A stretch of 64,000 bases of DNA from Octopus sinensis (Eukaryota): NCBI RefSeq assembly GCF_006345805.1, contig NC_043004.1:29202001-29266000 (forward strand). The letters run 5' to 3'. Position numbers and translations under genes: made by a program. The notes beneath the pieces were generated by a model that saw only the letters and a list, made by a program, of their open reading frames with translations, did no database searches and was not told the DNA's origin. Below are positions 26,928 through 41,104 of the stretch, one piece after another. Every line of letters begins with the position of its first letter. Positions within the stretch are counted from its first letter, which is position 1.

Positions 26928-27321
26928 TCTTTATATAAGAGTGAAGTTGTGTGTCTGTCCCCTCGATTTACATTCATAATTACTCCCACATTTTGCGGTG
27001 CAGTTTAACCAAAAGCGGGTATCTTATAGTCGTGATTCATATCGAGCCCTTCTGGGTATTAGCGCGCGTCTACGATGAGTCTACGATTTTAAAAAAATTT
27101 ACCATCATATTTTTCCATTTTAATGCATTTTTTTCGCTTTTATATAAGGGAAGTAACTCTCTAAAAATATCTACGATGTGTCAACGATTTAAAAAAAATT
27201 TACCTTAATTTTTTTTCAATTTTTAATGCATTTTTTTTGCTATTTTTTGGCTATAACTCTCTAAAAATGCTTATATAGTTATTTCCCTTACAACCCGAGC
27301 AACGCCGGGCGATACTGCTAG
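26928..27321 (+). mobile_element. Complete non-autonomous Helitron
   Basis: 5' TC after A; 3' hairpin cccgagcaacgccggg then CTAG|T; internal tandem duplication; no TSD. Confidence 0.9.
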
Positions 27322-28519
27322 TACACATATTTCTAAGTGTCAGAGTTGTTACTGTAGAAAACATGGACAGTTAGAGTAGCTGGATTGAGCAATTGTGTCT
27401 CAATAATTTTTCTGGTGAACTCTCCAATCATTAATTCGTTCATCGTCCAGATTATAATAGTCCTATTTAAGTTATTAATGGTACAGCTAATATATTAATT
27501 CCTATCAATGTTTCTTGCACTTTACTTCTGTCACAAATTTAATGCCTTTATCTAAATTACTTAAATTTTCTTCTGTTTTTCCTCATTGTATCTTGTCCTG
27601 TTAATTTTTTTCGTGTCTTTCCTTGGATTGGTCTAATTGCAATTTCAAAAAAAATTTCCATGCCTTTATCTAATCACTATTAGGAAATTCATCAATATTT
27701 TCCTATTTATTGAAGAAGTTATGGGAACGGAATCTAAATAAAGGGCGAACCTACAAACTACAACTTATCCCTACCTAATATATCAGTTCCAGTCTGTTTC
27801 CCTACTCTATGTCCATCAGCATGGACTGTGTTGAGTTACGGCCTTTACAGACCATGTATTAATAGCATTTTGCTCTTCGAACTTCAGCGAAATCAAAGTT
27901 ATTCGATCTTGGCAATTCATTCATTTGGTCAGAGAATCTGCCCACTTATACACTCCACTCGTCTCTAATCTCAAGGATCAAAAGATTCTTGTCAGACCCT
28001 TTTCACTTAAATCCACTCTGATGACTCTGAAGTAATTTAGGGCTCATAATGAGGCTCTTGCGCTCATTTAGTATATTTGCACTAACTACGTAAACATCTT
28101 TCGTCCACATTTAACCTAGAGATCATCTGTTTGAACGTCTTAAACTCCTGTAATAATAGATCTAGAATATATTCTCCAAAAAAGCTATTAAAAACTAACA
28201 TTCCTTTAACAATTTCTATAATATAGTCAGTAAGCGTTTCAAGAAAGTATATAAAGCGTTACTTTTCTACTAGTTATGGATACACAGTTAAAACATTTAT
28301 ATTCTCTGGAAACAATTACCATCATATAAGGATTATATAGATATCTATAACGTAGCTTATATTAAATTCCCAAAGATACATAACTGCGCGGAAGCAGTCG
28401 TCTCTGTAGCATCAACTTGTAGTAATTCATCTGATTCACACTACTAGTAGCAGTGACTATTTACAACTATAAGCGCTAACAGATACTGGTTTCCTCTTTT
28501 CTGATTTCTGACAGATACG

Positions 28520-28720
28520 GATTTCTAATAATTTTGAGGGGAAGGGGATGTCGATTACATTGGCACTAGTTCCTGACTAGTTTATCTTTTTAGCACCGAA
28601 AAAGTTAAAGGCAAAATTGGTTTCAGCAAGATTTGAACAAATAAAGTTAAAGAACCAGACGAAGCGCTGCAAAGCATTTTCTCGCCACTCCAACGATTCT
28701 GCCAGCTGCGTTTCCAAAGG
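28520..28720 (-). mobile_element. SINE family B, degenerate
   Basis: aaaggcaaaattgg...gattctgccagct is the reverse complement of the family B head and body. Confidence 0.6.
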
Positions 28721-28807
28721 GCCGCCTTTTGTTCACTAAACATATAAACATACAAAGATATGATCAATAGCATTGTTAGGTATTGTAGTTGTTATTATTG
28801 TTGCTGT

Positions 28808-28847
<40 letters not shown>

Positions 28848-29707
28848 ATGGTGGTGGTGGTGGTGGTGGTGGTGGCGGAGGCGGCGGCGTGGTGGTAGTA
28901 GTTACAATGGTGGTTGGGTGGTGGTGGTGGTGCGTGTACCGGTGTAATGCAATATAATAGCAGTACCATTAACATTAGGAATTGGTAAATTGGTCTAAAT
29001 ATAGTTTTGGTAAAGAGAAAAAGGAAGAATAATAATTATTTTAATATTATTGAAGAGCTGATGAGAGAGGATGAGCGATTGCATTAAAAAGGCCTTTTAT
29101 AAATGTATAATGGTAGTCACTTGACGATGACTATGGTAATGGAAATGACAACAACAACAACAACAACAGCATCAACAATGATGACGACGACGAGTTTGGT
29201 GCAGATGATAATTATGATGATTGTAATGATGACGACGAAAAACGACAACCGTTAAGTTGATGATGATAATGATGAAATGTAGAAATGGCGGAACTAACTA
29301 GTTTTCTATTATTAAAGGCAATTATTGTAGTAAGCCGGCGACGTGCTGGTTTTGCTCTCATACCATGAACAGCTTTAGTGCACTAGTGGCGACTGCTAAG
29401 GTCGTTAGTTGTAGTGTTGCAGTAGTAGTGGTAGTAATAGTAGTGGTTGTATTCTGACAATCAATAACTGTAATGAAGACGTAACGGTAATACTGCTTCT
29501 AGTTATTGGCTGGAATAAAAAAGCGCTGGCATTGGCAACGACATATACAAGTAGTTTTATTGAAGTCTGTTTTAGCTAGATGTGGCGGCGGTCTTGTAAG
29601 TCGATAAGAGTGATGTTTGTGGCTGACACACAACGGGACGTGTAGACGGATAACAGTGATATTTGTAGGGCGATACATTGTGATACACACGCACATACAC
29701 ACGCACG

Positions 29708-29742
<35 letters not shown>

Positions 29743-31695
29743 ACACACACACACACACACACACTTACACATATATGTATGTAATATTGTAGGTTAATAT
29801 TCTATTAATTTTGAATAAAAGCGTATGAACTAATTTAATGTTAATTCTAGTAGGGGGGGTGTCTAAAACGTATCCATTCAGATATAAAATAGATTTGATT
29901 AGATATAATTTAACAGTTAGATACAAAAACCTTGCATGATAAAAAGAAGTTTTATTTCTAGCAGGGCTCAGTTCAGTTCCCGCATCGCTCTGCAAAACTC
30001 ATCTGAAACACTGTCCAGTAAATCGTGGAGTCTGGTTTAATGACAGAATTATCTTGAGCAGACTATTACTCGATAACTATCATTTTGAAAACTTTATCAA
30101 TTAATAATAAATCTTAATCGTTATTAATTTATGTGGGAAAAGGTTTGTCGTTACCTGGCAAAAATTTTTGCTGAAATATTTCCTTCTTCACTGCAAATTT
30201 TGTTTTAAGTAGCCTACTGACGAAATGGACTGCCGTCACTCTTGTCAAATTCTAATAATTTTATTTTCTCATTGATAAATCTGTTTATCAATATTCTAAT
30301 TATATTATTATTTTTAATATTAGTAGTCAATGAATATTATATTATTACTACACTCGCGTTACCAAAGACGGGATTTTGTAACACATTCATTACATGAGGT
30401 ATCTGTTGGGTTAAAATATAGATTTCTTTTTCTAGAATACTAAGAAGATGTTAGAATTGAGAAGTATCAGCTATCTTAACCGATCAATAAATCCTGGAGA
30501 AAGTCAATATATGTAGTGTGTGAACTGTTAGTATGCTGGGTAAGATTCAGTCTAACAATGGCGGGGCATTCCATATCAAGTTTGGCGTTCCTGTATATCA
30601 TTGGGATCATATCATTTATTGGAAATAGATAAACGAAATACAAAAAAAAAAAAAATTATGTTGTTTTGTTGTTATTTAACCCCTAATCTGTACTGATTGA
30701 GCAGCCCTATGATATAAAGGTATTCTAGTCATGACCAACTTCTTTTTCTTTAGATATAGTATATTTCAGACTACATTATTCTACGTATCCTTCCCTTCCT
30801 AAAGACGGTAGGTTGTGTTCTGAGAGATATGCGACTCCTATTTCCACCAGCCATTTAACCTGTTGTTGATGATATTGTCATTACTTTATACTATTGGAGA
30901 CATCGTAGAGATATTGAATTCGAGACGATCCTAGAGGGATCCTTAGAGGTTCCTACATTCAGCAATAAAGAGACAATGATTTATTATATATAGCTCTTGC
31001 TATTTATGTATACCATCTGGTCCTCAAGTGTCTTTCGTGTAGTCCACTTTGTTGCAAGCTTTGGGACAGTGTCTTCAATCAGAGCATAATTTTCTCTCTC
31101 CATCCCTCCAGCCTCATAACTCTGAATAAGCTCATGAATGATACTGTACTGCTGTTCCCCCCTCTCCATATACGATTCAGTATTTAAAAAACCCCTAAGT
31201 GATCTGAGGTGATGAAAATAAAATGTCTCCGTATGAGATACAAACTTAACGACGGGGTATAAATCATTGATCCTCTGATATTCAGCTCACTTAGAAAACT
31301 TAGGACTTACCCTATTAACTTCAAGTGAGGATTGAAATTAGATTGTCACGTATTTTCCCAGTGGATTCAAGCAAACTGAAATAACTACAAGCTTGAATTG
31401 CAACCAAATCGCAGACTTGCTCCATGATAATTCTAGTTATGTATCTTAATTCTACAAAACAAATGCAACAGCTAACATTTATGCTCGGTTAGAATGAATA
31501 TGGTGGAGAAATATAATGGATTTGTCGAATGATTATCTATTTTCTTTCAATATATTTTTGTTGTTTGCTTTAAGACTGACAAACTTCTCTCCTTAAAAAA
31601 AGGGAACAGATTTACAGGACCCAACATTTTGTATGTCTCATAAGAAAATTTATGCAGAAAGTGCAACTGCTCTAATATTCCAATAATGTCCAATA

Positions 31696-31739
<44 letters not shown>

Positions 31740-31740
<1 letters not shown>

Positions 31741-32138
31741 CAGACTAATGCCCCATTTTTTTTAGGAGTGGGTAACCACAAGACACACATCAGACATTTC
31801 ATCCATTTCCCAGCTCAAAGAGGCGAGCGTTGTTCTATGCTCGGGTCAAGGCATAGAACGCAACACCCAGTATCAGCAGCGGGGCCCGATAGCATATGCT
31901 GGTTATCCCCGCCGCATCATGCTGGTTCCGTACCCCTTTGAGCAACATCAAATTCACTCATCCGTCCACAAACACTCTCCAAGCTTTCCTCTCATTTATA
32001 TATTCTCTTGCCTGTCTCACTCCAACTTATTTAACCACCAAAGCTTTCTTCACTCCATCCATCCACACTGACCGAGGTCTGCCTACAACTTCTTCTGCCT
32101 TCATCACCCTCCTTACTATCTTCACCATGAATTCATAG
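31740..32138 (-). pseudogene. RTE-like LINE 3' end
   Basis: Minus strand IVRRVMKAEEVVGRPRSVWMDGVKKAL...ERKAWRVFV followed by a 3' UTR. Confidence 0.65.
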
Positions 32139-32789
32139 ATGGACAAAATATTAGAATGCTCGACTACAGAAAATGGCCTCATTGACACTTTTCCCTCATT
32201 TTGCTTTGATTCGATGTTCTCTTAATCAGATCAGCCCAGCTACCTGATTGTTGTAGTATACATTTAGCAACGACACGTAATAGCTATCCAACAACCACCA
32301 CAACCCATAATCAAAACCAAACTTGTCTCCATTGCACTGTGGCTTGATAGGATAAGGATATCTATCCAAGGCTGAAGATTAAACCGGATATTCCTTGGAT
32401 GTCTCTCGACATGCCTTTTCTTTGCACTGCTTCATGACACCTATTTGCAGCCTGGTGTAATCACCATTAATACGAAAGCAACGCCAGCTACAACTAAAAA
32501 ATTGTTAATATTTCATCCAAAAGCTGTCACCCGACCGACGTAACCAGCTGTAGTCTTCATTAAGAATATATACATAAACTGAAGAAATAAAGGAAAAAAA
32601 GTATTCAGTTGTTCTAATGTCAAAATGATTTAAGTATTTCAAACCCAATAAAATATAAAAATATATAGAAAAGAAAAGGAAATACTTATCATGGCATAGA
32701 ATAAGAAATAGTGAAAACATAGAGATTAAAGTTTCAGTGGTTATTTTCAGTTGTGAAATATTTGACTAATAAACATGAATATATGACAA

Positions 32790-33012
32790 TGCAGTTTTCT
32801 TTCCAAGCACATAGTTCCGAGTTTAATGTTTTTGCGTGGGCACCTTGGGTAAGTGTTTCCTACTATAGTCGACCAAAGCTTTCACAGAGGGTTTGGCAGA
32901 CGAAACTAAAAGAAACCTGACGTATGTGTGAGTATATGAGTATATATATATCTATAATGGAGAAATTATACAAAATGTATAAGTGCATGATGAGTAAAGC
33001 ACCAGCACAGCT

Positions 33013-33087
<75 letters not shown>

Positions 33088-33400
33088 ATATATATTTGTA
33101 TATATAAATACATGTATGGATCTAGATGGCAAGATCATATGTCAGATACAGGGTTTTCAAATATGGTTCCTCAAGCTCATGCGTATTGAAAGTTGTCTGT
33201 GTTTGTACCCCCAGCATATCTTGATAGGCAGTATTGATGTGTTTACGATCCTGTAAAATAGAGGCTCGGCGAAAGAGACCAAAAGTAAAACGATAGAATA
33301 AGTATCAGGCTTGAAAAGATAAGTAGTGGGGTCGATTCTTCAAGGCAGTGCTCCAGCATGGCCGTAGTGTAATGAATGAAATGAGTAAAACATAACAGAT
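32790..33400 (+). mobile_element. SINE family A, degenerate and expanded
   Basis: caccttgggtaagtgtttcctactatag ... cagtgctccagcatggccg. Confidence 0.7.
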
Positions 33401-33518
33401 GAAAGATTTATGTCTCTGTGTGTAAAAAATTATGGAAAAAATATAGAAGTAAAATATCCCAAGCATACCTCATTTATAAATATTTTTGCACGTACGTATG
33501 CTTACACAAAATATTTTC

Positions 33519-33930
33519 TTATTTCTTCATTGCCCACAAGGGGCTAAACATAGGCTAATCAAGGACAGACAAACGGATTAAGTCGATTACATCGACCCCA
33601 GTGCGTAACTGGTACTTAATGTATCGACCCCGATAGGATGAAAGGCAAAGTTGACCCCGGCGGAATTTGAACTCAGAACGTAATGGCAGACGAAATACCT
33701 ATTTCTTTACTACCCACAAGGGGCTAAACACAGAGAGGACAAACAAGGACAGACAACCGGATTAAGTCGATTATATCGACCCCAGTGCGTAACTGGTACT
33801 TATTTAATCGACCCCGAAAGGATGAAAGGCAAAGTCGACCCCGGCGGAATTTGAACTCAGAACTTAACGGCAAACGAAATACGGCTACACATTTCGCCCG
33901 GCGTGCTAACGTTTCTTCCAGCTCGCCGCC
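33519..33930 (-). mobile_element. SINE family B dimer with 15-bp TSD
   Basis: One head plus two ~185-bp bodies; acacaaaatattttc at 33504-33518 and 33933-33947. Confidence 0.92.
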
Positions 33931-34064
33931 TAACACAAAATATTTTCACTCTATCCCTCACTAACCTACATACGCTAAAATACATCCGCAAGTGCACGTA
34001 CACACACACGGACGTGTGTACACGTGTGTGAATGTATGCATAGGTCCATACATATACATATATA

Positions 34065-34176
<112 letters not shown>

Positions 34177-35078
34177 TGTATGTATGTATACACACACACA
34201 CTTGCATGGCTGTCGATATACGTGTACATATGTTAAACACCAGTAGGCAATCGTTCATATGCGCATATGCACAACGTTATAAACATGCAAAGGTAGATAA
34301 GCATAAATTCAAACATATTCATACTCACATACATACAAGTAAACATGCACACTTGTGATACTCAAACGCAAACATACGCAAAAATATATGCACGCACACA
34401 CATACACGGAGATGTGTGTATATATATACATGTACATATATTCAGTAAATATATACGCCTACATGCACAGACACAGATAAATACAGCGTGGACGCCAGCC
34501 AAGAAAGATTTGTGTAGAGAAAGGTTAGTGGCAGTTTAAGTGTCGATTTGTCTCGAATATATTTGTGAAACCGGAAACATTCAGTTTGAAAGCTTCTCTT
34601 TCATGTGTGGTGTAAGCGGTAATGTTTTGTCTAAAGACTTTTTGACAGTCCTGTTGCATGGCATGGGCCAGACAAACGATTGTCACAGACATACGAAGAC
34701 AGATATGACATATTGTTTAGACAATGTGTGTTCTCTTTCCGCATCTACACCTGCCTACCAGTGTCTGAACTTGCATGCACATGATAGACATATGCCGACG
34801 TACATACACACGCACACGCACGCACACGCACTCACACACACACATACTTACACAGATATGCGCCTATATATATATATATATATATATATATAGGCGTATA
34901 CACCAATACACTTTCAAGTACGTATGGATAGTTATGCATACACACATTCACTCACGCACACACTTACAAACAACACAACACACACACACACGTACGCACA
35001 CACGCGCGCAAACACACGCTCATATACAGACACATGCATACATAGATTTATGTATATGCATAAGTACCTAAGCATATA

Positions 35079-35910
35079 CAAGGCGCGATGGGTAAATTGT
35101 CGCCATTTTATATTTTTAATTTCATGCATGCGCATTCTTTGTTTTTGATTTTGTCGACTACACAGTATAGCAGGGTCAGTTGGGCACCGTCTGTGAGAAA
35201 AACAACACCATGACTCAATTCACTCTGCCAGAAATTTGGAAAGAACATGCTGTACTGTTTGGCATTCGCACCGGAAGCTCCAGTACGAACATTTCAGAGT
35301 GTTTGGGTGGCAATTTGAGGACAGTGTGATCTGAGGACATGTACCGAGAGTGATAAAAATCAAACATCCAGTCAGCATCATGTTGTTTGGAATGATCAGT
35401 AGTGATGGTGACGTTATGCCTCCATTCATCTTCCCACAAGGTCTCAGTGCCAAGAGGGTGGCTGCTGGAAGACCCTATATCTGGCAACAGGACTCTGCAC
35501 CATGCTACTCAAACAGGAGAACCATGTCATTGCTGTCAGACAATTTCTGCAACCACGTCGTCCCTAAAATCTGGCCACCTAACTCCCCAGACTGCAACCC
35601 CCTTAGTTATTGTGGGGCGCAGTTGAGCGAGAGACCAACAAAACTCCTTGTAACAGCAAAGATGAACTGAAGGCAGCATTATGGCAGCATTCACCAACTT
35701 AAACAAGGAGACGATCCAGAAGAGTTGCAGGAGATACCGAGTCGTCTGGAGGCCATTGTTGAAGCCAATGGCGATTTTATTGAATAAATTTGCTCTTTAG
35801 GATTTTAAGATATTTTTATGTAATTTTGGTAAATATATCTGTTAAAATGAGATGTCAGTTTTATTTTCATTATTGCATAATTTAGACGACAGTTTATTCA
35901 CCGCACCCTG
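35079..35910 (+). mobile_element. Internally deleted Tc1/mariner element of DD37D (maT) type
   Basis: TA-flanked imperfect TIRs caaggcgcgatgggtaaattgtcg / cgacagtttattcaccgcaccctg. Protein KHPVSIMLFGMISSDG and WQQDSAP..WPPNSPDCNPLSY, with 37 residues between the second D and the mutated third position. Confidence 0.85.
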
Positions 35911-36608
35911 TATATTTTCTGAATCTAGAGGTAAGTAAGGACTGTGTTCATTGCGTTACAGACCCTCTTAAACTGTGAGCCTGTTGTTGCTAATGTTCGT
36001 CTTGAAACTTTGTAACTCAACACATGTGAGAAAGTCATGGGCGGAAGAAACTTCAGATAACAGACCTTTTGGTCGAGGAAGGGGATGAGAATAGTGATTA
36101 GTGCGAGATCTGGATTTCGGGACACAATAATAGTGATGAGCAGTAGAGAGAAATGGGTCAGAAATGTTTGAGTGGAGGTGGCATCCATCATCACTGAAGA
36201 GCAAAGGCCATTTTAATAGTGGCAGAAAAGGTAGTGAGTGTTGGCCAAGGGATACCGAGAAGGATATATGCGTGTGAGCAGCAAATGCGTTAACTCGGAT
36301 AGGAGGCGAATATGAAATTGTGGGGGTCATCTTGAGCTTTTAAGCTAGAAGAAATTGGTAAAGGGTCAGAATACGAACGTAGCTAAAGATGTATTCAGTA
36401 ATTAGGAGAGATTGCGTGCTGATCATTATTGGGTGAAGGGCCACGAGGTAATAATGCTTTTTTGGTAGGAATAGCGTTTATGTTTTCTTGCGTTGAAAGG
36501 GGTCATGGTTGGCATATTCTCGCTGGAGGATGTTTGCGTGGTCTCAAGGTGAGCCTTATATTATATTATATCACACACACATACTCACACACGTATATGC
36601 ATATATAT

Positions 36609-36667
<59 letters not shown>

Positions 36668-36799
36668 TTATTTGTGTATATATATATATATATATAATGT
36701 GAAGTATAATAGCCATCTCAATATGGCTAACCACAAAGCGGGGTGTTACTGTAGCTTTTTAGCCCCAGGAGATCATCGTCTCCAGCTGGCTTTATGGTA

Positions 36800-36930
36800 T
36801 TTCAGTTTCTGTCTACCAAAATCCAATCACAAAACTTTGGTAGGTCTTCTGAGGCTGTAGTAGAAGATACTTGCTCAAAGTGCCACGGAGAGCAGCTGAC
36901 TCTGGAACCATGTCGTTGGTAAGCAAACTT
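36800..36930 (-). mobile_element. SINE family A head fragment
   Basis: ttcagtttctgtctaccaaa...gtagaagatacttgctcaa. Confidence 0.7.
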
Positions 36931-38429
36931 CTTTGTATGTATGTATGTATGTATGTATGTATGCATGTATGTATGTATGTATGTATGTATGTATGTATGT
37001 ATGTATGTTTGTATGTATGTATGTATGTTTGTATGTATGTATGTATGTTGTATGTATGTATGTATGTATGTATGTATGTATGTATGTATGTATGTATGTA
37101 TGTATGTATGTATGTATGTATGTATGTTTGTATTTATGTATGTATGTATGTTTGTATGTATGTCTGTATTTATGTATTTATGTATGTTTGTATTTATGTA
37201 TGTATGTATGTATATAATACGTGTGTGTGTGTGTGTGTATGTTTGGGCGCGCGTGCGTTTGTATGTATATGCAATGCAGAACAACATGTCGCATGGTGCT
37301 GCCGTTGGTTACCACATCGTCAGCTCTTCTAAGTATTTCTACATTTTTCATTACTTCCCTTTAAGGTATTTTTTGTAAATCTATGACCTCATCAATTCTG
37401 TCACCAACCAATTGACCACGCCCACATAAGCGCAACAATCGGTTTGTTGGAATCCACCTCTAGACAAGCATATTTTAGTGAAGGTCTTCCGGAGATGCTT
37501 CACTCTCTGATAAACTCTCCTAGGAATGCAATACAAGTTGTCTAGGTCTCACTTAGCACTATGTGCGCGCGCCCGTGTATGTGTGTGTGTATGTTTGTAT
37601 GTGCGTTGTACGTGTTTGTATTAGTGTGTGTGCGTGTGTGTGAGCGCGCGCCTGTATGTGCGTTAACACTCATAGCCGACACTCGCAGTGCGCATGACTT
37701 AGTAGAATGTACTATACTTTCGATAATGGTTTTATGAAGTCATCATCAGGCGTACATACCCGCCCGGCACTCTTTTCATTGAGGCAAAGAAACATCTAGA
37801 AAGTGACTCCCGCACTAGGCTGATATTTAATTTTCTACTGAGTGGACTAGGGGAACTCGAAGTGAAGGGCCTCGCTCAAGGACAGAACGCGGCTAGTCTA
37901 GGAATTTAACCTATGACTTTATGATCGTGTATGTATGTATGTATGTATGTATGTATGTATGTATGTATGTATGTATGTATTTATGTATGTATGTATATAA
38001 ATGTAAATGATTGTGATTTTAATGTATACGTGTATGTGTGTTGTGTGTGTATGTGTTGTGTGTGTGTGTGTGTGTGTGTGTTGTGTGTGTGTATGTATGC
38101 GTTTACATATGGATGTATGTGCGTGTACGTTTATGTATGTGTATATATGTGCATGTATGTATGTGTGTGTTGCGTGCATAAACAAGAGACTGTTGTCTAT
38201 TTATTAATTAATCTGAATAGATTAATAGGTAAATGAATTATGCAGAAACATGTTCGTGAACTTACCTAACGGGATACTATAGTTGTTGTTGTTGTAACCG
38301 CTGGTGTTGCTAGTGTTGTTGCCGTTACTGTTGTTATTGCTGTTGCTTCCAATGTAGTGTTACTGTTATAGTTGTTGCCGTAATTGTTGTTGACGCTACT
38401 ACAGTTGTTGCTGCTGTTGCTGCTGTTGC

Positions 38430-38800
38430 TGTTGAGCGAACGGTCTTCGTCCCAGAGTTCGCAAGATGGGAGTAGTCCGAAACGTGGTCCTTTACTATTC
38501 GTAAGACCCGCAGAAGAGAAAGCAGGTCAACCCCCGACACCGAGAGCATCGCCGGATGGATGAATGCGCATCCAGGCTCAGCGGTTGCGTAGGAAATCGG
38601 GGACAAGAAACAGGAAGAAAAAGTGAGAGAAAGTTGGAGTGTAAGAGTACAACAGGGGTCGCCACCACCCCCTGCCAGAGCCTCGTGGAGCTTTAGGTGT
38701 TTTCGTTCAATAAACACACACAACGCTCGGTCTGGGAATCGAAACCACGATCCTCCGACCGCGAGTCCGCTGCCTTAACCATTGGGCCATTGCTCTTCCA
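38430..38800 (-). mobile_element. SINE family C head with alternative 3' tail, inside a (TTG/CTG)n tract
   Basis: Head tggcccaatggttaaggcagcggactcgcggtcgg...ggtttcgattccc matches 11761; the tail differs. Confidence 0.8.
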
Positions 38801-38974
38801 CTTGATGTTGCTGCTGCTGCTACAGTTATTATTGCTGTTGATGTTGTTACTCCTGTAGTTGTTCTTGCTGTTGTTGCTATTGCTGCGTTGTGATTTCTGC
38901 TGTTGTCATTGTTTCTGTTGTTGCTGCTGTCTTCTTCTTCTTCTTCTTCTTCTTCTACATCTTCTTTTTCCAAT

Positions 38975-39450
38975 CAGGACTCACGCCATTAGCCACAAAG
39001 AATAATCTCTAATTCGAGCCTACTCTAAGCTACTAAGAATGCGATTGGCAACTTGAAGATCCACCCACCACACGCGATAGACTGGCGGTTGCACGGGCGC
39101 GAAAGCTACGTTGTTATCCTCATTCCGTAAACGGTGACTTTTAACGGGTGGAGAGCTGAACCATCCTGGGGTACAGGGGATTCGCAATCTAGACTAGGGT
39201 CTGAAAGTTTACTGAAAGACTAGGGTCTGAAAGTTTACTACACCATGGTTCCTCTGCTTTGTAGCAGAAGTAGGACGAAAGAGTGAGAGAAAGTTGTTGT
39301 GAAAGAGTACACTGGGGTTCACCCAGCGGAGCCTCGTGGAGTAGAGGCGTTTTTGCTCAGTAAACACTCACAATGCCCGGTCTGGGATTCGAAACCGCGT
39401 TCTTACGACCGCGAGTCCGCTGCCCTAACCACTCGGCCATTGCGCCTCCA
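38975..39450 (-). mobile_element. SINE family C head with a third distinct tail
   Basis: Head at 39270-39450 (tggccgagtggttagggcagcggactcgcgg...ggtttcgaatccc), then unrelated sequence ending in (GAA)n. Confidence 0.7.
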
Positions 39451-39797
39451 CTGTTTGCTGCTGTTGTTACTGCTATCGTTGTTGTCAAACTATTTTAGCT
39501 ATGGTTCCTACGTCTTTTTGTATGATTAAATTCTCAAAAGTGCGTGTCTTTTCGTTTTTTAACATAACATAGTGTGATTTGATAGAAATTAGGTTGATGT
39601 TTCTAGCAGGTTCAGAGACTACGTTGGTGGTCTGTTGGTGGTATATATATATATATCACTGAATCAACTCACTAATTCCTTCATACCAATTCTACTAGGA
39701 TATGATTGTGACAGAATCATTTCCAATCTGGTTACAGGCTGGATGAACATATTATTTGTATCACCACCAAAAATGTTTACTAATTCATATATATATA

Positions 39798-40015
39798 CGA
39801 AGTGGGTGCTGAAATACTCCTGGCTTTGGGTAAAAGAGAATACAGGATGATCAGTTAGTTATGATTTTATTCAACGTATTCCCCTCTCAGATTCACACAT
39901 TTATTGTAGCGATCCTTAAGTTTTCGTAAGCCCCGTAAAATAACTTGGAAAATTAAGCTCCAGTAAGGCCTTCCACGATATTCTTAAAACCGGGAACTTT
40001 TTAGCACTCTCTCGT
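39798..40015 (-). mobile_element. Mariner-derived MITE
   Basis: TIRs cgaagtgggtgctgaaatactcctgg / ccgggaactttttagcactctctcg; retains the GEYVE* transposase C-terminus on the minus strand. Confidence 0.75.
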
Positions 40016-41104
40016 TTAATATGTCTTTTATATATGCTATACCTAATAACATATAGCTATGTTCGATGAACTGTGTCATACTTATTCCCAAACAACAAAT
40101 CTGACTGAAACTCCTTGGACATATCTGCAGTAACAACAGGATTCGAAACGTAGACGTATCCATCAATTATCCGACACTGAACGACTCAACCATGTGACTT
40201 CAGTAGGATATGTAAGCAGTACACATGCATTCCATCAGATTCGGATGAAAAAGCTGTATTAGTAACAACTGAAGGCCAATGTTGTCATAAAATAAGGCCT
40301 GTTTCGATGTTTATATTGTTTATATTCGCCCCGGCTATGTTTCAGCAAAGCTATCATCAATGTTGTCTCCCTTTACCTCCTGCTCAACGAGATCTGTCAT
40401 TCGCTCCAGATATACATTACATTGACATCGGGGCCGATATTTCTAAAGTCTATCCTTGCTGGACACTCAATGTACGTCTGTTAAAGTATGATAACAAAAT
40501 GCTATCTTCTACGGGATCAATTTGCCCGCCGTTTGAATCAATGGAGAATGAATATAGGTTCTGTGTTTTGATAAAGATAGTGAAGCCGTACTTTTGTGAT
40601 TGGTTGACATGTTAAAATAAGCAACATTGACTCCTTCGTTTTCTGTTGATTATTTTGTTCATTATAGATGTATCAGGTTTCCTATCTTTTGGTTACACTG
40701 GATGGGGTAAGGATGTCTCTCTTCTTAGACTCAGATTATGCTAGGAAGTTGTTCTCATCAATTCTCTGTCTTTTCTAATGAATACTCACTCCATAATCAA
40801 TAGAGAGCTGTCTTTGCCACATAGTTAGGTATTCCCTAATATTCTTTTCTAAATTAATTACTACATTCTATGTGATTAAATATCATAAAGAGACCAATAG
40901 AATAAATACTAAGCTTTAAAAAACACTTAGTACTGGTGTAAATTTATTCGATTAGAAATTCTTCAAGTTAATGTTATGCTCCAACATGCGCTCAGTCTAA
41001 TGACCGAAACAAGTCGATGCTCCAGCATGGCCACAGTTAAATGACTAAAACAAATAAAAAATAAACAAATAAGAAAATATACATAATACATACATACATA
41101 CATA

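Noticed and set aside
35925-36560. Possible APE endonuclease of a LINE on the minus strand
   Set aside because: Only a YSPP-like word; no convincing GDFN or SDH motifs.
37705-37755. Minus-strand CUGAUGA...GAAAGUAUAGUA hammerhead
   Set aside because: Stems I, II and III do not pair convincingly; at most a dead relic.
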